Positions 53,917 to 64,000 of a stretch of DNA of 64,000 bases are shown in pieces; the first letter of the stretch is position 1, and every line of letters starts with the position of its first letter. This stretch comes from Tubiluchus corallicola. Its lineage: Eukaryota > Animalia > Priapulida. Position numbers and translations under genes: made by a program. The notes under the pieces are model-generated. The model did no database searches. It saw only the letters and a list, made by a program, of their open reading frames with translations, and was not told the DNA's origin. The stretch is from positions 806,001-870,000 of the forward strand of contig JAQGDQ010000022.1 of the NCBI GenBank assembly GCA_030141605.1. The letters are read 5' to 3'.

Positions 53917-55599
53917 GATGATCGGGTAATAGGTGTAAGTTGATAAGGAAGTAAATATAAAGCAAGTAGATTGGTATAACTAGGCAGGTTTTGATGGTTA
54001 AGACAACGGGCATATGGTTATGACAAACATGTCATTAAAATACAAACAGAAAAATAAAAAATAACTTGTAGAGGACGAGACGAAGGCAGTGGTAGAACAG
54101 GCAAAGACAGAATAGCAGGCATGTCAGTGTTTCTCACATATGTAAACGTGTTTTATCTTTCAAGAAAAATATTTTTGTTTTAAGTGTAAAAATGTCTTAT
54201 TCACAACAAAGCAAGTGTCCTAGTTATGCCGGATTATGCAATCACTTAACTAGCCTTTTCACTTGGTTAGGGTCAGTACTCTCCATCTCCAATTCAGCAG
54301 TAACTTTAACCAAAAGAGGCAGTCCCAGGCAACTGTATAAACTGTTCATCACATTTTTAAATCCAAGTGGCAATCAGAAGAAAATGTGAAAAAAATCCAG
54401 AGCCTGAAGATGAACCAAAGATTTGGAGTTTTGATTTACAGGCTTTCAGCAATCGTTGAGAGTTAGATATGATTAATCATGCTAGAACAATGACTAGCTA
54501 ACATGTATATATTATAAGATCTGAGGTGATTAACTTGCAGCTTAAGTCAAAGGTTTCTAGCTCAAATTCTGACTTCTTGTTTTTTTGCACTTCGTTTTTT
54601 GGTATATCAAAAATTCATTAAGCAGTAATGTAGCAATTAAGAATACGTGTAATTAACTACTACAGGCCCAAAACTAAATATTTAAATGTCAGCAAACTAA
54701 CACTTGGAAATGTTGGAATGTTTGTTGTGCTGTCAGCAAAATCATAAGTGATACTTATTAAATTATTATGTGTGACTGTTTCACTTACTTTTAGCTACGT
54801 ATGCATGTAAACAAGGTGTTAGATAACTTCCAGTTTGTTTAATATGCCATTACTGATTAGTTGTTAAAGTAGCTGTAATTGGTGGTCCAATAATTAGCAT
54901 TTGTGTGCTTCTCGAGACTCGGGATCTACGTTGTTCATTTTTATATGTTTCAATTATTCGTACATTTTGAATGTCTTTGATGTGTGTGTAATAATAATTT
55001 GCTATTAGACTTTTGTTGTAATTAAATAAAAGTTTAATAACGTAAAATACCATAATTTTGTGTGGTATATTTATCAATAGATGGAAGTTGGTAATAAATT
55101 CTCAGTAGTTTAGTGAACTTTACTAGACCAAAAAAGACGCCCCTAATAGCTCCAATTCACTTAACTCTTGTTTCCTCTAGTTGCTGAGACCTTTTCATTA
55201 CCATCTACGCTGTGTTTAAATACATCATTTAAAAATATTTGTATCGAAAAACTGCCAACATATACAAAAATATTTCCATATGTCTGTTAAATAGTGTTAA
55301 CAGTAACGCTTTTAAACAGCAACTTTATTCAAACATTTATTGTTTTAGATTTGACATTGTTGCTCGAATTGTGGTCGTTCTCCATTTTTTAACTTTTAAG
55401 CTGCACCTGTTTCCTGAAAAATATTACGAATACTCAAAGCCAAGATTACCTTGCCGATTCTGCTTATACAGCAAGATCAGTCTGATAATTAATTTAGCAA
55501 TAGCAATTAAAACTTGGAATCTCTGACAAATATCTGCAAATTAATCAAACTGTCTACAAGCGTAAAGCCTTGCGTGGCTTAAGACTACGAACCCACAGC

Positions 55600-55720
55600 T
55601 CATCCAATGAGAAACACTATCTGAACCGAAGTCCCGCCTTCAACTTCACCTCCCTTCCAATAACCACTACGTTTAACGGAATGACGTCACGTGTAAACGC
55701 AAATTGTGACAGCGGAAATA
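55600..55720 (+). promoter_or_regulatory. Putative Gbx proximal promoter
   Basis: Two CCAAT boxes (about 55604 and 55657), GC-box-like CCCGCC, overlapping CRE and E-box TGACGTCACGTG (55682-55693), ETS-like CGGAAA; 140-250 nt upstream of the ATG. Confidence 0.5.
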
Positions 55721-55854
55721 AGGGCAGGGAGCGTAATTTGAGTAAGACAGATGATTCAGCCAAAACCACCCCTTGATTTAACTGTGATATCGGGTGCAGA
55801 TATGCCACATCTCGTAACCAGTCGCTGTTGTGTGATACTCAGTGCACAGTGGCA

Positions 55855-56236
55855 ATGCAGCGTTCAGGTTACAGTTCATTCTCTATAGACAGTCTCATCT
55901 CCAATCCGTCTCCGGCTACGAGAATGCCGCCGCTCCTATATAGCGGGTACATGTTTTTGCCGAGGTCCGGATACCAACCGCCCGGGTACGGATTGCAAAG
56001 TTCAGATCACGGATTGTTGGCCGTCGCGTCGCAGAATCATCAGGGATTCCCTCCTCTTACGAACGGAGTACCTACATCAGGGTTTACACCCCCAGCATAC
56101 TTAATCAACTCGTTAAATCGGTTTTATGCGGACGAAAGCAAACCTTTAACAGCAGCTAGTGCAGAGGAGAAGGTTTCAAAGTCACCAAAAATTAGTCCAA
56201 GTTATTTACAGGAACGTGTTGCCACACCCACTAAAG
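55855..56236 (+). CDS. Gbx: Gbx (unplugged) homeobox protein, exon 1
   Basis: MQRSGYSSFSIDSLIS..LYSGYMFLP matches the conserved Gbx N-terminus (eh1-like FSIDSLI); donor AAAG|GTAATG, phase 1. Confidence 0.93.
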
Positions 56237-56562
56237 GTAATGATTGTTTACATTTCTTTTTTCTCACCTGCCAAACAGTAAAGATTGTAAATTAATATTC
56301 ACTGAGCTGCAGGTTTTCTTGGCTGTGATTTATTATGTAGCGTGTGGTCCGTTGCCACAATGAATCAAAATTCCATTAATTTTCTTCAGACGGGTTATTA
56401 CTCACATCGTGACCACTAACTAGCAGGGTGTACATGAAGGTTAGGTTAAACATGCGCCTTCATTTGGAGAATTGATAAAGTACGGAAACATTATTATCGT
56501 CTGTCTGTTGCAAAGGTAAAAATACCCACAGGCGGGGCTATAAATCAACTTTTTATTTTCAG

Positions 56563-57059
56563 GTTTTGACACCTCCGCGGTAGACCCGAGCGTAGAAGAG
56601 AATATCACCGCTGCTGCAATTCAAAGTCCTGTGGACGTTTATACTAGTGACACTGAACTTCACGGTAAATCATCGGGTGACGAAAGTAGCGAAAATAGCA
56701 GTAAATCCGTCAATCCGGGAAAGACCCGTCGACGTAGGACTGCGTTCACAAGCGAACAATTATTGGAACTAGAAAAAGAATTTCACAGCAAGAAGTACCT
56801 ATCGCTGACTGAGCGTTCACATATAGCGCACGCGTTGAGTCTCAGTGAAGTTCAGGTAAAAATTTGGTTTCAAAACCGAAGAGCGAAGTGGAAACGAGTG
56901 AAAGCAGGACATGTGAACGGACGCGTGACGTCATCTTCCGGGTCTAATAACGGTAACAAAATTGTGGTGCCCATCCCAGTGCATGTGAACAGATTTGCAA
57001 TACGCAGTCAACATCAGCAGTTGGAAAAAGCCGCAAAACAACAACAGGCGCCTAGTTGA
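56563..57059 (+). CDS. Gbx: Gbx homeobox protein, exon 2 (homeodomain)
   Basis: Acceptor ttttattttcAG; homeodomain [59 protein letters not shown] plus the Gbx-diagnostic [23 protein letters not shown]. Spliced CDS 879 nt, 292 aa. Confidence 0.98.
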
Positions 57060-57430
57060 AGCATAATGTAAGTCTTCTAAGTATGTAAACTATTTTCGAT
57101 GTTATGTCAGTCATCTGTGCTACCAAATCATTTATTAAAATTCAGTCTGTTATTGTTATCATAACTGGCTGATGTATCTGCAAAATTTACTATACAGTAT
57201 ATAATTAATATTATATGCGTGCGCTTACCAACACTTTGAGACACCGCCTATTATAAGTCAATACAAAATTACTGCTAGCTATATGGTACTTTATGCTACG
57301 TATCATAGTGATAAGTATGTGAAAACCTCAACTGTTAATAATGATTAATTTAAGCAAACTGTAAATTTGTCAATATAGCTCAGTTGCAGTTTGTTTCTTT
57401 TTATTTTAATTTATATAAATGTAAAAATGT

Positions 57431-57436
57431 AATAAA
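57431..57436 (+). terminator. Candidate Gbx polyadenylation signal
   Basis: AATAAA about 370 nt after the stop, followed by a GT-rich downstream element. Confidence 0.45.
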
Positions 57437-60067
57437 ATTTGCCAAATTAATTCTTATTACGTTTTGTTCTGCGTGTAGTGGTTTGATTAAAAAGTTATTT
57501 ACACATTGAAGTTAATATCTAAACAAATTTGGAACTTTATACAGTAGCAGTTAATAACTGTAATGTTGGAAGTGGCTTCCATGAGAAATGCTTAATGTTG
57601 TATAAACGTGAAAATACTTCCTAAATAAGGCTTAATAAGGCTTAGTAAAATAAAAAAGAAAATACCATTAAATTAAATTATTCCTTTATGATAGTAAAAA
57701 TTAATATAACAATAAAAAGTTTATTTAAGTTTAAATAGCAGAATTGGCGCTCGGTCTGATGATAATGAAAAAAGATCTGTAACATATATTTATAGACTAT
57801 TATAATAAATAATGCAAAATGCATATGAATTAAAGAAAATAAATTTAATATCGCGTTTTGTTTGTATTCTTATCAGTTCGGCTCCAAATACTGCTAACCA
57901 ACACATAAACATAATTAACACGCAAACGCAAATTAGGGTATGCTTTGCAAATACATGCTTTGCAAATATCAGTATCACCCCTAATACCCTAATATATACT
58001 TGGTTACAAGCAGAGCTAATAAATTTACGACCATTTACTTCCCAAAAGACTACAACTCTCTCATTTTAACTGATATGGTACCAATGACAGTTTATTTATC
58101 ACATATAGGCCCATATAACTGTATTTTCAGGCATGCAATCGCATACGTTTATTCTTATCTCAAGTACACGACGTATAATGTGAAAAACGTAAAAAATGTA
58201 TTATGGATGTACGAAATTCCTGCGCAAGTACTACGAATTTTACAAACTTCCTGAGCATGTTCTTTGATAAAGCTGAGCCGGTATCATCCCTTGAGGTGCT
58301 GTGGGCGGGCCATTTACCCTAGATGAAAGAGTACCGAAACTTGGAAAAGATAATGCTGAAAGTCTGCCTGCAGCTGCAGTGCATTTTCTGCAGTTTAAAT
58401 TTCCATAATTATGACATATAAATAATCATTCTGCGATTGAATTGATTATGGTTGAAAAGCCATGCCAGGCTATAAAACCTTTAATTAATTACGCTTCTTA
58501 AAATGACTTGAGTGAACTCATTGTTTTAGTAAGTTAAGCAGTAAGGAACTTTTCCAAAATCATCATCCAAAGATGGAGAAGTAGACATAAGGTATCAAGC
58601 GTTTAAGTTTGCCGTGTTTAAGCAAATTTGGTTTTGTTTCTGAATCGTTTGTATACAACATTTATTTATCTTCTTTTGCGTACTATTTGTACAGATTTAT
58701 TAAATAAAAAATATATACATAAGTATCGTTGACAATATTTATAATTTCTGAATCTATTCTGTAAAACTATAAATGCAAACTATTCATTTGATGTGTGCTT
58801 GTCAACAAGTGTAAAAGATAAAAGCATCGTCGTGAAATAAAAAGTTTTGGGAAACTTTTTTGTCCATCTGAAAAATAATTTGTCATTTACTATTTTATAA
58901 ACAATACGGTAAAAAATTTGTGATCATTGGGAATGACATTATCGAAATTGGAATTGCACACGTTTGCAGATAGGTGTATACGTACGTCTTATATTGTAGG
59001 CTTCTATTGATTTTACATTTTGCAAATTTGTCTAGATGTAAAAAATTCATGTTACTGAGTCAAAATAATCATGTGTGTCAAAAGGAAAACATATTTCATT
59101 AAAAACAGCCCAACACTTGAGCGAAAAGTTATATATTTTTAATTAAGCCTTTGCTCTTAAACCCGATTAATAAAACGATTTTAAGATACGAAAGACAGTT
59201 TCGAAATGGTTTGATTTTGTACAATTTTATTTGATTTTTACGAATACACGCGCAAAGACCGTCATGATGTTTATTGAAATTTGCAAAATGCTTCAGCTTG
59301 TGAGAAAACACGTATATTCACGTAGAGCAATTGCATGCTATGAGTTTGCTATATCGATTGCAACTGCATTGAATAAAACATTTACTGTAATTTCTCGTAT
59401 TTAATCACTTGGGAATAACTGTAATAATTTCGTAAAATCCAAATGCCACTTCATGATTAACAACTGCGAAAAAAGTCTTCTAAAAATCGTTATGTTTGTC
59501 CTGAAAATTGTAAAAATGTCACTGTTAGTTCTTATTTATATTTATATCTATTTATTTATCTATTTAGCATCACAATTGTACACAAATTCTTGGATTTAGT
59601 AGTAATTACAGTTACATAAACTAATACTAAGTAGCAAACTATAACCAAAAAAAGGTTATGTCAGGAAAACAGTTATAGTTGACATTAAAAGGAAGAATAT
59701 GCAACTAGTATTGAGGAACATATGATAGTGTGAGAGGAAATTAATAAAGTTACAATGTTTTGAATTTTCTTTTGTTACGAGAACTCCGTAGTTTTAATCT
59801 CAAAAACAGATCACAACTATTTAACACCAGAATAAAGTTTCAAAGCTTTAATTACTCAAATTATGTGATAGAATAAAGCACAATAATTTCGGCCTATGTC
59901 AAAACCACACTTCAAAATTAGCCAAAAAATCATACATGTATTTCTATTCAGTATCAATCCGTTAATCAAATTTTCTCTAGAAAAGCAGTGTCAATTAATT
60001 AATTATTATACTTAACGCGATTACAGACTTGTGGGCTTCGATTAAATTCACAATATTATAGTCAGTT

Positions 60068-60224
60068 AGTAATAGTAATAATAGTAATAGTAACAGTAAT
60101 AGCAATAGCAATAGCAATAGCAATAGCAATAGCAATAGCAATAGCAATAGCAATAGCAATAGCAATAGCAATAGCAATAGCAATAGCAATAGTAATAGTA
60201 ATAGCAATAGCATTAGCAATAGTA
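60068..60224 (+). repeat. (AATAGC/AATAGT)n hexanucleotide microsatellite
   Basis: Directly visible. Confidence 0.96.
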
Positions 60225-63200
60225 ACGTAATAAAGTGTATTACTAATAATCGGTTATATTAGTTTTCCTAAAGCGTATAATGAAAAATGTAACATCAAGA
60301 TATATCGTCTATAACGTTTTTGTGTTTGGACGACAGTTAGGCCTATAAGTATTATGTAGTTAATGTATATGGAAAACAGTAACGGTAGCAGAACGGCCAG
60401 CACCCAGTAGCGATTAAAAACAACACACCGAGCAAAGCCGTACCGTAATAAAGTACAGAAGAGAGTGTGCAAAACTGTAATATAGTTTTGAGCAAACATA
60501 TGAGCCACAGAGTCTCTAAATACGACCCGCAAGGTTCAGTGTGTGAGTGTTTATTAATGCAACTATTATAGAAGGCAAACAAACATGCCCATATAACCGT
60601 ACCAGTAGCAGCTGGACGTCGCATCAATCATTCAACCTGCCAAACACGCTACACAAAGGTTTAATGATTGTATGATTAAAATGTGTCGCACGAAGAGGAA
60701 CCAGTGAAAACAGTGCCAGCGATTTTAAACGAATTTTGCTTCATTTAAGCATTGGGGTGTAATAAGCAAACAGTATAGTAAAAAAAGCAAACTGAATAAT
60801 ATACAAAAACGTACGGTTGGTACACGTGTAAAATATTATCAACTTATAATTGAAATTGTACAGTTATGCTGTTACATAAATTTAAGCATTAAATCGCAAT
60901 TACCTAAAATTAATTGTACTGTGAATTTTTTACCGTAGGTTTAATTTGCATTTTTATTTTGTGTGGCTGACAATCAATAAAATTATTTCTTGCAACAAAG
61001 ACAAACTAATTAAAGTTTACATCAAACGATTAATGTAAAATGTTGCGTCTAACGATTTCAATAATTGTTTGGTGTAATAATAAAAATGTTTGATATTCGT
61101 AGTTAAATATAAACAAAATTATTATTACACTACACGGTAAGTAGATTATATATACGCAGGGTACAAAAGCCTCTACTAAGTCTTAACTTGAACTATACAG
61201 TATATTTAATTATTTAATGCCCATTTCACACCTATTTTCATTAAACGTTAAAAGCATGAAAATCAGCTAAAGTTAAAGAAATATAAATTAAATGCGTAGT
61301 CGGAATACACAAAATATTTAACATTTCTTATTTGTTGACAAATTTATTAGTTTAAAACTAATAAAATATTACATTATTATTTGACTAGCCTACATCTACA
61401 TCACTTACAATATAACTGAAGAATTAATGTAATATATAATAACTTTAAATTTTATAGTTTTGTATGCAGTACATTTCGCTAGTTTTTACATTTTCTGGTC
61501 CCTTTTCAGAAAATTTGTAATTTATTTTTTTCGCACAATATAATACAGCTACAAGGAACTGCACTAATTACGGGTAACACAGTGAGGTATATAGTAGTGT
61601 TGTATACAAGCTATTATAATTGCCCAAATCCTTTATTTGATATTGCCTCTTTCTAATATAATTTTGAAGCTCTGATTTTTTACCTTTTTTCTTCGCACTT
61701 TGTGTCTCAATGTGAGTTATTTTGACACTATCCATGACAGGAACCAGCAGTTAATTTACGAGAAAAGCAAGAGTATATATAGAGTGTACTTATCGTAGTA
61801 TCATCGCAGTACTAAAAGTCAATTTTACCCCAAGTAAGTCCATTTTACCCACAAGTTGACTGTGTTTTACAATCTCTGCGCGCATTCTCCCAGTACTCGC
61901 AAAATTTATTCCGGCATTCAATTCATTACTTTTCTCTTGTTGAATAATAAAATGGGAGAACAACTGAATTAATCACAAGAGTAAAATGTATAATGTGCAT
62001 GCATTACTGGTCAGTAGTCACATAAATCCAAACGTTTGCATTGCTTATTTACATTCCGTGAAACAATATTAAACGATTTTAGTACACAATCAACTTATCA
62101 AAATTTGTCTACAAAGTCTTGAGAGGGTGATAGTAAAGGCAGTTGAAAAAGCCAAATAGTAGGCCTAAAGCATAACTAAAACATGTGAACAAACGTGTGT
62201 TAAAAAGAGTATGTATATATAAAATATGCAAGCAGCGGGTGATAACATTCTTATAAATTTCTCGGATGGTATAAATTGCCTCACCTACATACACATTAAA
62301 TGACTGTGGTATTAGTGGAGTAAAAATTTCCTCTGCAAAATTAACTGCAACAAAAAACTCTTAGAAATTTCATTTTTCTAAAGCCATACAATAACACTTA
62401 CCACAACATTAAAAAATATGCATAATTTATTATAGTCAGAAAAATATAATACTGTTATAAGTTAATTGAAATCAAGTCGAATGAACTTGTGTTATGGAAC
62501 TCCCAGAGTCGCTGAGTAGGCCTATTGATTAACAAAACATGTGGATAGCCTCGTATGAAGAAGAAACAGTCTCACGAGTTCCAAGCGTTCTCTAATCTAC
62601 AACACATGTAGGCAAAACCGGGAATCACTTACGCTTCTTGAACCACGTGCTGCGAGTCCTTGGTCATTTTGTTCATTAGAGCAGTAATTATGAACCATTT
62701 ACAGTTAATGGTCAGTTATGATGGCCTGGCTAACGCAATAAGCAAAGCAGACTTTCATGGCGTGTTCAGCTGTGCAATTAACGTAATATAAATCATCACG
62801 GATAATTGAAACTTGTAAAATTACTAAGTTTTTAAAATTGTTGCAAACACTGTTGCAATTTTAGTGACTCAAGGACTAAAACAAAGGCATTTAATTTTCA
62901 TCTGTGGTCGGGAGGAATCCCTATTTCCCTTTAGTAGAAGCATTTTAGATAGTTTTTATGCATTTGTTTTCACACAAAAAATCTGTATAGGTAAAAAACC
63001 TTGCAAAGTTGCATTCAAGACTTTCAAATTTGTCAAACATTCAGACATTATGTATATCTTTTTGAAATGTTACATTTTATTATAAAACTACATCTATCAT
63101 GTTATACAATATTCATGACTTTCTCTTTTTAGCATAGATTAGCCATGCAAATGAGTGATGTACTGTATAACATTTCTTTCAACTGAATAGTTTGCAAGAG

Positions 63201-64000
63201 TCGCTTAGTTTTAGGATAGTTATATCATTCCTCTCTTGTAACGTTGCAGCTCACAATGACGACGACAATGATAGCAGCATCTTCTGCTGGTCATTGGTAC
63301 GCTAATATTTTTATAATGGACACCATTAGATCGTCTCATTATATCATATAGTTAGGCCAATATATTAGCAATACACAATTATGCGTGTCAAGTGAGTGTT
63401 TCCCTAACGGAGGCGTTGGAGTAAATATCGTTGCAAGGCGATCATTTGTCACATTTAACAAAACAACCATAAATTTCAAGCTCTTGGTGCAATCGCCACT
63501 ATAAAACCTAATTACAGTTGATACTCTAAACCGTAATTGCCCATCATGGTAACCACTAGTGAGTGAGAATTAAGAAAATTTTCAAGATAACCCCCTCGTA
63601 ATTGCTTAGAGCCCTGGACAGAAGATATACTATTACACGGTTATAGCTACACGCATAAACACTTAGCAGATCTGCTGAGCTTCAACATAAACGCACCCCA
63701 AGCACAACGTTTTCGGGATTATTCCCTGGAGTTTTTCACCAACCCCAGCTGCAAAATAATTACGATAACCAGTTGGGTACATCAGATTGTTGAGACTTTA
63801 TTTCAGGATTCCGTGGAATTATCCCGAGATGTGTTTGTTGTTTGGGAAAACATTTCAGTGAGTCGGTTGATTGTGGCAAAATCAGCTCTGTTACACTGTT
63901 CCGCTAATAATACCTAAACGACTATGAAATTGAGGACGAAACAAGCGGCCATAAAGAGTGTAGCACTGATTGAAACCGTCTGAAAGTGAGAAGGAAAGCA

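Noticed and set aside
55828-55854. Gbx start at the TTG given in the ORF track
   Set aside because: The ATG at 55855 (MQR) matches the conserved Gbx N-terminus.

Overview
AT-rich genomic DNA from an animal, most likely a bilaterian invertebrate: spliceosomal GT-AG introns, many microsatellites and decayed transposons, and no prokaryotic features. Four genes are supported. (1) An intronless class A GPCR with degenerate activation motifs (5327-6310, minus). (2) A four-exon UNC93A-like membrane protein (14528-8431, minus, 560 aa). (3) A three-exon secreted neuropeptide precursor that the ORF track captures only in part (22356-22383, 37640-37851, 38904-39032, plus, 122 aa); its predicted mature peptide has a trissin-like six-cysteine pattern and it has its own CRE/TATA promoter. 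(4) A two-exon Gbx homeobox gene (55855-57059, plus, 292 aa). The rest is intronic or intergenic DNA containing LINE and Gypsy remnants, Kolobok-like, foldback/MULE-like and hAT-like non-autonomous DNA elements, tRNA-derived SINE-like heads, minisatellites and candidate enhancers. The most interesting observation is the trissin-like precursor with an expanded cysteine loop, lying about 17 kb upstream of Gbx. All calls come from reading the sequence by eye; no database searches were run.
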